64,000 nucleotides of DNA from Curvularia clavata. Taxonomy: Eukaryota. The translations under genes were made by a program, and so were the position numbers. Positions 25,364-36,889 of this stretch are shown piece by piece. Each line of letters starts with the position of its first letter. Within the stretch, counting starts at the first letter, position 1. The stretch is taken from positions 682,001 to 746,000 of the forward strand of contig CP089274.1 in assembly GCA_023920165.1 (NCBI GenBank), given 5' to 3'. The notes below the pieces were generated by a model that saw nothing but the letters and a program-made list of their open reading frames with translations, had not been told where the DNA came from and searched no databases.

Positions 25364-25396
25364 ACGCGAATGTGGGAGGCGCGACGCGACACGCGT
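25364..25396. promoter_or_regulatory. Cluster of MCB-like (ACGCGT/ACGCGA) elements upstream of CAC1
   Basis: ACGCGA at 25364 and 25384, ACGCGT at 25391, 145-175 nt upstream of the CAC1 ATG. Confidence 0.55.
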
Positions 25397-25813
25397 GGGA
25401 AGCGCGGCCAAGGCTCGGGGTGCCGATTAGTCGATTGCCGCACTCTTCGTGCTGATTAGTGCCTAATTTCCTATTTCGGAATAGCCAATATATGCATGAA
25501 ACTATAATGCGAACGCCCAACTTTTTCCAGAAACTTTCTACAGCGCTCTAACATTAGCTTTATCACGCAAGACGAGTTTTGGATATATCTTAATGTTGGC
25601 GGAATAGGCGTAGGTCTTTGTCCTGGATGAGCGTAGTTGCAGGCGTTGCGCCTCTTGCTCTGTCTGTGCCTGTCGTTCCTTCCACGCGAGCACTCACCCC
25701 AAGACTTCAACAAAAATTTAATCATATAGCATCGCATCAATTATTCGGTGACCCTCTGAGTCCTGATCCTCATCTCGACTGCAAAGTTCAGCGTGCTGCC
25801 CGGGGATCTTGCC

Positions 25814-27605
25814 ATGGACGAAGACGACTTCGAGGACCTCCTGTTCGGAGACCTAGGCACACAGCCGGGTCCAAGTGACCTCTTACTCGATGATTCTGAC
25901 GATGATATACTCTTTTCCGACTACAAGCAATATTTACGTGACTGTGAGTTGGCGGATACTACCGGTGCAACATTTACTATTGCTGGTGTGCCACATGGAC
26001 TACACCCTCTCGCGGAGAGTACAACAAGTGCTTACGAACAGCCTATTCATCAATTGACTGATGTCACCCCAAACTCAGTTTGCGACAGGTTCTCGCACCA
26101 CTTCAACTCCAGGCGATTGTAACTAACGTCTTTAAGATACCGGGTGATTGCTCTTATTGAGGCCATGCTCGAAAGAATTATCGACTGCCTCTTGCGAGGG
26201 GACCAATCGCTCACCATAACCCTCAAGTCTCGTGCAGCGCTTTCTCGTAGAAACACTGTTGGTGTCGAAGGAAATGGATCGATTCCCAAGCCAAAAGAAC
26301 GCGAAATTAAGTTTCCAGGTGCCAATCCTCAAGAAGCTTGGAATTTCAGTGGGTACCCCTTTCGACGTCAAGGTGGAAACTGACTTCTTCAGCTGTATTG
26401 TTACGCATTCTGGAGCTCATTCATGGCGGCCTCATTGATGACACCATAATGACCAAGCGGTTCTTTATGTTGTCCTAGTCACGAAGAATCTGATCTAACA
26501 AGAACAGAGACGTCTACTATCGCCATCCCGATCTGTTCGTCAAACAGTCCGTCGTTGACCGATATGTGGACGATCTTGCCTGCACCTTTGGCATCACTAG
26601 ATCTCAACTCAACGTGGTATGCATTGTCTCAAGACGGTAACTTAATACAGCTGACATCTCCACACAGACGGCTGCAGCGAAGGGATTGGTGGCTGGCAAC
26701 TTCAAGCTCAAGCAAGCCAATAGCCTGGTCTATAATATAAGCCACAAAGAGGTTGGGTAGAGTATGCGCATGACAACATGCATATCTAACCTCTTACCAG
26801 GGCGTGCTCATTCCCCCTGTTGGTAATTGTGACAGCTGGGATCTAACGGCGATCCACTGGGTTCTTGTCATTGAAAAAGAAGTTCGATTAGCTGTTTCGC
26901 GTTTTGCAATGTACTGATGGAAGCTCAGGCGACATTTCGGTCATTGATTGGATCGTCGCAATGGGACAATCTAGGCTTGCATGGTGTGATAATGACTGTG
27001 AGTCAGAGCTACCCATTGCAGTTGAATTCTAATGATTATATCAGGCCAAAGGATATCCTGACATAGCCTCAAGGCAGTTTCTGCGTCAACTCGGAGACAA
27101 GGCCCCTCATATCCCCATGTTTGTTTTAGTAGATCTGGACCCCGATGGCATCGCCATTCTGTCCACATACAAATACGGCTCGTACCGCCTTGCACACGAA
27201 GATGTTACACTCGTCAATATACCCACATTGAGCCTGCCTAACATACGTTGGCTGGGTGTGAAGAGTCAAGATCTGATCCAAAGCACGGAAGGCGGGGAGG
27301 TGTCAGAGATCAATGTGGTACCCCAATTGCAAGGTCCGATGAGACTCACAGTGCGTGACCGCAAAAAGGCAGCGCAGATGCTGGAATGGGATCTGTGTGG
27401 AGAGTACGGACCGGAGCAAAGCTGGAGACAGGAACTGCAAAGGATGCTTATGCTGAACATCAAGGCTGAGATGCAAGTAATGGACGAGCTGATGCCTGGT
27501 GGGTTAGTATCATGGCTGAGCAATAAGCTTTGGCATGCAGCAGAGCGGCTGATGGTCTCTGCACCAATCAGTAGCACCGACGCGGATGACGGCATGCTGT
27601 TTTGA
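25814..27605 (+). CDS. SPO11: Meiotic double-strand-break transesterase Spo11 (Topo VI-A family)
   Basis: Eight exons assembled by hand; introns 26089-26136, 26349-26392, 26460-26507, 26617-26667, 26752-26800, 26882-26928, 26998-27044. Gives TKRDVYYRHPDLF (catalytic Tyr), AAAKGLVAG, VLVIEKEATF, AKGYPD, DLDPDG, KAEMQ. The first exon is the least certain. Confidence 0.92.
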
Positions 27606-28022
27606 GGACATCGGATAGACTTTGTACCTCAGTCATTCAGTGTACGTGAATGCATGGTGACTACATATGCTACGTCGTTTTTGCGCGAGAGAAGTTCAAT
27701 AGAATGTCGTAAACATTATTAATATATCCAGCCGGAGATGTTGAAAATACTGAGACGCCAATCAGCTCCCACAATGCTTTGATGTTGTATGTGAACGTCT
27801 TGCAGGTAGTGTTCAACGCGGGCTGAGGTTTCCCGTGCGGGGCAATTGTCCAATGGGAAGAGAGCCGGGCGATGGTGGAACAAATCCCTATCCTTGCCAA
27901 GTCTAGTCCACGTCGCCAACGCATCCCTTCTCAATCCACTGCAGGCCACGCTCAACAACTCGGACGGCACTGCAAAGCGGGCCTGCAATGCACTGACCTG
28001 CGGCTTAGAACCAAACTCCACC

Positions 28023-29495
28023 ATGTCCGGATCCCCCGCCCTTTCAAACGACCCACGCGTTCCCTTCCAGGCGCCTTCGCCGTTCCCAAGCTCCGCCCAT
28101 CCCTCCAACAGCGAGCAGCATGGCTCAAGTACCGTCGAATCGAGTGAAGTCCCTCAGCAATTGATGCCTGCAACAAACAACAGACAGTCAGTTCCTCTGG
28201 GTGTCTTCTCGACGCTCCTGGGAAGCAACCCCACGTCTACACAACCCATCTTGTCGGGCGAAGCTGTCCCGGCTATCATCGTTCACGCACAACCCTCTGA
28301 TGCCCAAGAAGGCCCTTCTGACCTCACAGCAAGCTTGTCTTCAGTGCCCAGCGCGACTACTACATTGACCAACACGCTGCCACCGACCCAGTCTGCTGCC
28401 CTTCGCGCCCTCAATGCTCCCGCCTTTCACTCTTCTCCTTCAAAAAGCAAGTCTGCAAAGTCAACATCGAGTCGAACGACCGTCACTAGTCAACCTGTCG
28501 TGGTGCGTACATACTCGGGCTCACGACATACTTCTCGCGCGGGGTCAGGTTTCAATACTCCACGCTCTTTCCCAATGAATGGGAACACACATACCTCGGC
28601 CCTGACAGCTGGTCTGGCAGGCCGAAGCGAGCAGCTGCCCTCTGCAGAAGACTTTTCGTTCTCGGCAATCCTCCGCGCTGTCGACCCTGAGATTAGAGAC
28701 GCCATCGATGCTATTGCTGAAATCTGTGCCAAGAGCAGGATGAGTCTGGCAGACGAGTACGACTCCCATCTTCCCCCACAAGGCGAGATCACCGGGACGG
28801 GACCGGGCTGGGCTGCTAGTACTGGAGCCCTGGTAGGGAGGGGTCGATTGAATAGAATCAGTCAAGGCTGGACTGCTGCAGACAATACCTTGATGGCTGT
28901 ACCTGAAGCCAGTAGCTCTAGTGAAAGATTGGCACAAGAGGGCAAGACAGAGAGCAGCAAAAAACGAAGCCAGTCAGCATATGGTAGTCTGAAGAGTGTG
29001 ATTAGCGGTAGCAGTGGGAAGAGAAAGGCCCTTGATGGTGATACTTTCCGCGAGCAAGAGGCTGGTAGCTCGAAACAAGAGGAAGCACAAAGCCGCGGCC
29101 CACCATGGGCAGTTCATGCCTCAAGTTCGTCTTCTCACCCAGCAATCACTCTAGCTGCCCCCACCGCTTCGAAACATCTTTCCCTCGACACATCCTCGAG
29201 TGCACAGGACAGTATGGATTTCCTTATGCATACACCAGCTACTCAGGTTGGGAACGGTACTCCACAAGGACCTTCTTCACACCATCGCAGACACACAGCG
29301 CGTAGCCTGCCAGCCTCACGGCTCCGTGCAGGTACTCTAGGCTCATTGACATCATGGCTGCCCTGGCCTCGCCCATCAGACCTCAGCCACGATGCCCAGC
29401 AAGAGCTCACAAAAGCTGAGGACCGACTCCGAGAAATGCTCATGTCCACGCAGAATCTCGGTAAAGGTAAAGCCGCCGCTGTCAGCGTTGTTTGA
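28023..29495 (+). CDS. Hypothetical Ser/Thr/Pro-rich protein with one ordered central segment
   Basis: Open frame of about 490 aa from CACCATG at 28023. Ordered-looking core FSFSAILRAVDPEIRDAIDAIAEICAKSRMSLADEYDSHLPPQGEI. Confidence 0.75.
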   Translation: MSGSPALSNDPRVPFQAPSPFPSSAHPSNSEQHGSSTVESSEVPQQLMPATNNRQSVPLGVFSTLLGSNPTSTQPILSGEAVPAIIVHAQPSDAQEGPSDLTASLSSVPSATTTLTNTLPPTQSAALRALNAPAFHSSPSKSKSAKSTSSRTTVTSQPVVVRTYSGSRHTSRAGSGFNTPRSFPMNGNTHTSALTAGLAGRSEQLPSAEDFSFSAILRAVDPEIRDAIDAIAEICAKSRMSLADEYDSHLPPQGEITGTGPGWAASTGALVGRGRLNRISQGWTAADNTLMAVPEASSSSERLAQEGKTESSKKRSQSAYGSLKSVISGSSGKRKALDGDTFREQEAGSSKQEEAQSRGPPWAVHASSSSSHPAITLAAPTASKHLSLDTSSSAQDSMDFLMHTPATQVGNGTPQGPSSHHRRHTARSLPASRLRAGTLGSLTSWLPWPRPSDLSHDAQQELTKAEDRLREMLMSTQNLGKGKAAAVSVV

Positions 29496-29728
29496 GGCCA
29501 TAAGCGTCTAAGCGGAGAAGTTTCTTTTTTGGTTACTCATGATGAAAAATGCCATGTTTTGGTTTATACGATTGGTCAAAAAGATACCCGCGATACTAAG
29601 GACAAAAAAAATCAAATAAGAATGAGGAGAGTGTACAGAGTTGGCATATGTAATATTGGTACCTTTTTGGATATGGGCGGCAGACCGTGGGAACAACTTA
29701 CATAGATTGATGAAAGAAAAAAATAGCT

Positions 29729-29884
29729 TCGGTCCTTTTACGTGGAGGATCTCTTGAGTTAAATTGAACTAACAGTCACAGCCTACCTATTCTCCGCAAC
29801 ACAAAAATTCGACGGTTGCGCATATTAGGTGGGCTGTGACTGTTAGTTCAATTCAATTCAAGAGATCATTCACAAAAAGGCCGA
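29729..29884. repeat. Long imperfect inverted repeat (hairpin)
   Basis: Arms 29748-29789 and 29826-29867 are reverse complements at 39 of 42 positions. Looser pairing extends outward (TCGGTCCTTTT / AAAAAGGCCGA) and inward (CGCAAC / GTTGCG). Confidence 0.9.
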
Positions 29885-30806
29885 TGAAAAAAAAAGACTG
29901 GATAACAGATGAAGAGAGGGGCAGAGGTGAATGTTGAGTGGAGCCAGCGGAGGAAAGGGGTATGATTTGATGAAGTAACGACTTTTAACGACGACATCAC
30001 GACTTTATGAATGGGATTGCAAAGGAGGCTGGGGTGTACAGCGGATCTGCGAAACCCCTCATTTTATGATTTTCGGATAGCGAGTTTAGTAACCGTGAAT
30101 ACAAGTATTGAATCATGTCCATTGCGATGGTATGTTGCCTTTGGGTATGTGTTTTCCGTCGTCTTATTTTCTTTATAGGGTGCGTGGGGAATGAAGATGC
30201 AGTTTGCTTGAAAGGACAAAAAACTAGAGTTACAACAGCAATCCACTAATTGAGGAAAAATCATGGTACTTATCGCCATCGCAAAGGTGAACGCATCCAT
30301 CTCTAACCCCCTTATACTGTGCAATCCGTTGCAGGAAAAGACATGATTCTCGCTACACATACGCCTATCAACACCACACCCTCCTTTCACTTCCTCGCGG
30401 AAAAAAGTTAAAGAGATGGGATTCTCCTATAAATATATAAACCCTCCATGCCCTTATAACCCCAGCCAGCTTGAAAAGAAGAACACCAAAGTGCTATCCG
30501 TTCCACGAATGCATCCTCCAAGTGACCCAAAAAAATGTGAAAAAAAGTTAAAGATATAACTAAACCCGATTTGCCATTGCCATTGACCATTCTTTGACGC
30601 CAAAATAAATGCAAAAAAAAAGAAACAAACGAACAAACCCTTGATTGTGCGGAAAACCAGGGCGAGCCCCAGGTTCCGGTTTCTACATAGTTAGTTGTTT
30701 GTTTGGTCAATGTTCATCCGTCATGGTGCCCCACCTTCCATCTTACAGGAACCGCGCCTCAGTATCAGCAAACGAACAACATTTGATCAGACCATGGTTG
30801 CATTCT

Positions 30807-32872
30807 CTACCGCTCATAGCTGGCACTATTCGAAGACGATGCGGATGCCGGTTTCCAAATCTTGACGCGCATGTCGTCGCCTGCGGAGGCGAAAGTAGTA
30901 GGGTCCTTGGGATGCCAAGCTACACTGTTAACACAGCCGGGATGAGCATCTAGAGCTTCGATGAGAAGGCCGTTCGAGCGCCAGATGTATATTCTTGAGT
31001 CTAGACAGAGATAGGTTAGCGGGGGCTGGGTTTCGCAGAACAAGTATGTTTGGGACTTACCCTCGCTTCCACTGACGACGAAATTCTCATCGGCACCACC
31101 AAACGCAGATCTGATGATGAACTGTTTCTGCGTGTGTCCCTCGAAGCGCTGTATCACGTCTCCAGTGTCGATCTCCATGAGCTTGATCTGATCGGGACTC
31201 ATGCTGACCAGCATATGTCGCGAATCCTGGCTGATCATGACGCTGGTGAGCTTGACCTCGTCAAGGTGAAACTCTGCAATCTTCTCGTAGCTGGCAAAAT
31301 CAAAGACTACTATCGAAGTCTCGGTGATGACAACAAGTCGCTCGCCGTTTGGTGATACTGCGAGGTCATTTGCTCGGAGCTTTCCGCTGTCGTCGCAGAA
31401 GTTGTGTTTGAGTTCGCCGTTGAGATCCCAGACGCCGCAACCCATTCGATCATCCTGTGATCCAATGATGACGCGCGTCCCAGAAGGATCCCAAGCTGCT
31501 GTTGTACATGGGTAAGTGAAGTCGCTGATGCATTGTATGCATGTGCCAGTCTACATTAGTCAGTTGATGCCGGTTAAGAGAATGCAGCCATATCGTACCT
31601 TTACATCCCATATACGTGCAGAGTTCTCGGGTTGAGAACAGCATGTTACGATCTTGGTATCGTCGGGGCTCCATGCAAGATGGGTGACGCCTGACTCTCG
31701 GTGTTCGTCTAGTTGGTGCAGGACCCTGTATGTGCTTGTTTCGTAGATGATGATTGTGCAGTCTTTGCTCGTCGATGCCAGCTTGGTGCCGTCATTTGAG
31801 TATTGCAAAAACCACACCTCGTCCTTGTGGTGTCTAAGATCGAGCATTGCCTTTGTGGGGAAGTCGTCTCTTTCGCAGCTGTGGTCTAGGTAAAGCGATG
31901 GTGATGCAGCTGTGTTGTGGTACATGCAGTTTGAGATCCAGCTGTCCTTTACCTCGTCTAAAAGTACTGCCAATCTGTGTTCTGGGATCATGACGCTAGG
32001 TGAAATGGACCCTGTATAGCGTGAATAGACAGCTTTGACGCTAACACGCATTCACCACTTACTTGAAAGATCCGAAAGGAGGTGCATCCGCGATTCACCA
32101 CGAGCACCGTCCCACTGGGCCTGGTGCCTCAGGTCTTCTGCAGATTGACACATCATAAAACTGTTGCTTGTTAGCTTAACCCTGTATGCGGATATGGGGT
32201 AAATGGGACTGACGCGGAAAGGGCATGTAACCTGCCCACGTCCTGGTGAAGCGGCGTGAGCTCCTGTCTCAGAACAGCGAGCGCCTTTGAAAGATCCCTC
32301 CGCTCAAGTAGTTCGAGATACTTTTGCTGCTTCAACCAAAATAACATGACGTCGCGATTCGCACCCTCAGCGAGTGTCAGACCTGCAGATTGGCGCGAGC
32401 CCGACTTTGATCTTGACTTGCCCCACGGCTTCCCGTACGAAGCATCTAATCCAACACCGCCGCCGTTGTCATTTGTATTGGAACCAAATAATAACTCTTC
32501 CGCCTCTTCCCAATCGCCGTTCAGGACCGAGCTCCGAAAGGCAGCAACCGTCGGCCCTTCGAGCTGAAAGCCACTCTCTTTGCACAATGCGCTCGCCGCC
32601 CCGTGATAGCCCAGGTCAGTCAGGCTTTGTATCAGTATCCGCGTTACTTCCTCCCTGTCATGACCAAAGAAAGAAGCTGGTACCGATGGTCCTCCATTTG
32701 CTACCGGGCCCCCATTTGTATAGGAGCCGTTGCTTTCGGTCCGGATATGGGTGCTCCCATTCACATGTTTACCCAGCGGCGACCTGGGCCCTGACGACTG
32801 CGACGAACCGTTTGTGAAGTTGCTCGCGGGCGATTGTGATGTCTTGGAGGACGGGTCGTTGTCAAGGCGCAT
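30807..32872 (-). CDS. GID7: LisH/CTLH plus WD40 protein, Gid7/WDR26 subunit of the GID/CTLH E3 ligase
   Basis: LisH REEVTRILIQSLTDLGY; CTLH QQKYLELLE; IPEHRLAVLL; WD repeats HKDEVW, GHTQKQFIIRSAFGG, ASAGDD..VKIW. Introns 32213-32161, 32062-32012, 31598-31551, 31060-31001. The true start may lie further upstream. Confidence 0.9.
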
Positions 32873-34046
32873 GGTCCCGTCGTGTCTGCGCCTGCGCTTC
32901 GAGGTGTGACGGGATAACCTGCCTGGGTCGGTTTGCGATGGAAGCTCTGGATCGCTGTGGTCGCCGCTGTCCGAGAAGCTGCACCTGCGCTTTCCGGCTG
33001 TAGTGGGATGGGATGAAAGGGTCGTGGTAGCGTTGGCGGCGTTGTTGGTGGTGGTGGTGGTGGTGGTGGTGGTGGCGGGGGGTCCGGACAGGGTGGAGGG
33101 GGCAGAGATTACTGGGGAAGTAGAAGAAGCGGGGGAGGGCGGAGTGGATGGGTGGTCGGCGGCGATTGGGGAGGGAGAGTCTGGGGAGGTTTCGTCTGCC
33201 AGGACGAAGGCTAGGGCTGGTTACCCGCAGATGACGCGGATATGCGTTCGAGGCAGTCTTGTGCCGGCAGGGCGTCTGTTCCGGGTGATTTATGTAGAGA
33301 CCATGGATCGGGGCCTGGGGCGTGAACAGGCAAGACGCGCAGCTGGTCGACTGGCGTGCGTGGGAGGCAGCGAGCGAGGGGGAGAGAGATGGGGGTCGCG
33401 GAGGGAGCTGGGAGAGGGATGAAGCCGACAACGATGTCACGAGTCGAGAGCGATATGACGGTACTGCCGCCAGGGCCGCAAGGGTGTTGGCTGAGAAGAG
33501 ACTCGGTGGAGTGCTCCCGGGGCAAAGGCACGTCGAGATATGGGCAATGTAGAGGCTCGTACAGTGTCGAGTCGTTGTTTGAAGCAGCAGGTGGACAATG
33601 TTCGGCAACTGGCAGCTACCTGGGCGTCAAGCGTCGAGCTTCAACCGTCATGCGCCAAGTGGCAGCCACGACGTGTAATGGCGATGGCTCAGCAGACAAA
33701 GCCAAACAGCGAGCAGTCCTGCGTTTGAGACAACCAGACTAACTTTCAAGTGAGAGTGCATTCGAGCCACGGCAATAATGTGAACGACCCCTGGGCGGTA
33801 TCGTACATGACATTGCAGGTCCCTTGCTGGCCCGATAAGAAAGCGAGCTATCCTAGCACAAACACCACGTCACATGAGGCGCAATACGCCCCACCACCAA
33901 GCCATCACATGCCCGCTGTCAATGGTCCGTCTTACCCAGTGTCTCTCTGTCCCACTCGGAAAGTTCCTGTCATGGAGGGAACGCGGCATTGTATTACCTA
34001 TGGCCCCTTGTACGGCAATCCTATTCTAGTCTCCCCCCTAAACCCC

Positions 34047-35895
34047 TCACATTCTCATGGTTGCGTTACCCTCGGCGCCATGTTGCTCAAACCAATTCAG
34101 GAACTGGAACATGCTCGCCTTGGGAGCCCTCTCCAGACTCTCATAGTCGACATACTGCAGCCCAAACCGGACAGAGGTGCCCAGCAGCCACTCAAAGTTG
34201 TCGTAGATGGACCATCCCCACGCCCCCGTCACATTGACTCCGTCCACATGGATCGCCAGCAGAATGTTGTCTAGATACTGCTGGTAGTAGTCGGCGCGCT
34301 TGAGATCCCACAGTGCGGCGTTGAGACTTGTCCACTGCGCTTCAAACGGCTCCGCAAACCCGAATTCACTGACAACAATGTCCGGAATCGACGGGAACAG
34401 CTCCTCGGTAATGTGCTTGAGGAACCGCCGTACGCCTGCGGGCGCTGAGTAGAACCACGACATGGCTGGATCTGCTGCAGGTCCAATTGGGAACCCATTT
34501 GGTGCTACGCTTGATGACCCAGCACATTCAGGGAAGGCTGGATGTGACCGGTTGCTTGTACATGCCTCTAAACCGCCATCAATTCCAGACGCTACAAACG
34601 ACGAATAAGGGTCGATGGCGTAGAAGTCGCACGAGCCCTTGATCATGTCCTTCTCCTCCTGCGTAAATTCTGGTAAAAGATCACCCAACGTGTCTTTGAG
34701 CGACTGCGGGTAGTCACCGTCGGTCCACGGGCCACCGAACCTAGTGAGGGACACGTTAGTATGCAGACCATATACCCCTTACACCATACAACGCTTACCA
34801 GCCTATGCTAAAGTCAAACTGACGTTGCCTCGCCACCTCATCCTCAGCCTTTGTACTATTTGCCTCGTAGTAATTCCCACTATTCTTCAGCGTGATACGC
34901 CCACGGCCCTTGAACTCCTCATGATACCACTTCGCCACCTTTGCATGCGCCAGCAACGTGTAATGCCCACACAAGAACCTTGCTTCCAAACCGCCTGTAA
35001 CACCATTCGGTGCTGGGTAATATTTTCCTGCGGGATACGACGCATACTGCCAGTTGCAATACTGCGGCTCGTTGATAGTGAACCACTCGTCGACATAAGC
35101 ATCATACCGCGTGATGACAAACTTTGCGTAGTGGAAGAAATCATCCACGACGCGGCGATCAGTCCACCCGCCGTACTCGTTGAAGATAGCGAGCGGAGTG
35201 TCCCAGTGGAAGAGCGTTACTGAAGGGTGAATGCCATTGGCGTGCATAGTCGAGATCACGTCATCGTAGTGAGCAACGGCTTCTTGGTTGACGGGGCCAT
35301 TGCCAAAGGGGAAGAAACGCGGCCACGAGAAACTGGGGCTGAATGCTTTGATACCTAGGCTAGCCAGTCGAGCGAAATCTTGCTTGTAGAGATAGTAGTG
35401 CTGAGCAACGACATCGCCAGTCGTGTTGTCGGCTACAAAGTTCGGCACTCGATGGGACAGCAAATCCCAGATGCTGGGGCCCTTGCCCTCGTCCTTGGCT
35501 GCGCCTTCGATCTGGTAGGCTGAAGAGCTCAATCCCCAGCGAAAGTTCTCGGGCAGCTTTAGGTCTCGGGCTTCTGGGTATCCGCTACTAACCAGGGCGT
35601 GGTAGTAACGTGGGTCGGGCTGTGGGTATACTGATGGCTCAGGGGTTGGCTCAACAGTAGACGTGACAATCCCGGTAGCTACGGGGCCTATCTGATCCCA
35701 GAGAGACGCAAGTGCATTGGGTGAGTAGTCGGTGCGAGTAAATGCGGTGGGTTGTGCAGAGGCATTGTAGCTCGACGAGGTGTAGCCAGATGGTTGAGCA
35801 AATGAGAGTGTAGAAGTACCATTGGCGGCAGCAGCAGCAGCAGCAATTGGCTGAGCCAAAAACAACAGACCAGCCAAAGGTGCTAGCCTGTCCAT
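34047..35895 (-). CDS. Glycoside hydrolase family 1 (beta-glucosidase-like), predicted secreted
   Basis: FRWGLSSSAYQIEGA, TLFHWDTP, acid/base motif TINEP, nucleophile motif VSEFG, WSIYDNFEW..G...RFGL. Intron 34798-34741. N-terminal signal MDRLAPLAGLLFLAQPIAAA. Confidence 0.93.
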
Positions 35896-36423
35896 CTTAC
35901 AGACCTGGACTTGACCTACAAGATGGAAGGATACGTGACAGCGGAGGGTGGCCGGTACTTGTACCCAAGTACCATGACTACGCCCCAGCGGCAGCATACA
36001 TGTAGCCCCGCGCTGTCTGAACTTACTTAGGCAGTTTGAATGCTAATTCCTGCACATTGCCTGCGCATGCTGGCTCGGCATGCATATAACCCCGTCACAA
36101 CGATACTTGTGTAGGCACATTGGTACTTGAGGCGTAAGATCTTGCCAAAGCCAAAGAGGCCAGTCATTGACGATTTCATCCAAGCCAAGGTACCTCCAAG
36201 CCCTTGCCGCGGAACACATCGTTGTACGCACTCATTTCTCGTAGATACTAGACGTCATCGTAACTGAGGTTGGCGGAAGAACCGGTCTGGAGTTCCGTGC
36301 CGCAGCGGAAAGGAATGCGGAGAAGCTGCAGTGCCATTGGTGGATACAAAAGCTTCTCCAGTTCTTATGCAGAGCGCGTGTGGAGAAGCAGCAACAATTC
36401 TGACTGAGAAGATCAGAATCCAA

Positions 36424-36463
36424 GAAAATGCCATGGAAAATGCCATGGAAAATGCCATGGAAA
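36424..36463. repeat. 12-bp tandem repeat (GAAAATGCCATG) x3.3
   Basis: Three exact copies plus GAAA. Confidence 0.9.
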
Positions 36464-36889
36464 GCTGTCGGTCCGACACGGCAGGTTGAGCGGTCAGAAA
36501 CACTCGTTTGGACGTGTAGCCGGTCCGCACGCCGAAATATTGTTGGGAGATTGGTAAGATGGAAACGCATAACAAGAGTGTGAAAGGCTGCCTAGACGGG
36601 CTTGGATAATGTTCCTAGTGTTTTCAGTTAGTAGAGAGGACGCAAAGCCTGGATATCTCCATGTTCTAAATGTAATCTTGATTCATTGAGCTGCGCCGAG
36701 GCATGGGATGTCTCGTTTCAAGCACGTTCTATTGCAACTACTATTTTTCCATTTTAAATCCAATTTCGGCACATCTTTTTCATCGCTGAATAGGGTCGTA
36801 AAATGCCACCGACATGGCGCAAGACTCGTTGGGTATATGTCCAGCAGATCGGTGACAGGCAGTCATTAGGGCAGTCGTTAGAAGAAAGC

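Noticed and set aside
29968..30060. TGATGA C-box-like motif suggesting a C/D snoRNA
   Set aside because: No suitably placed CTGA D box or terminal stem.
32862..33608. 248-aa ORF with poly-His
   Set aside because: Non-ATG start and no internal Met. The poly-His is the (CAC)n repeat read in another frame of the GID7 upstream region.
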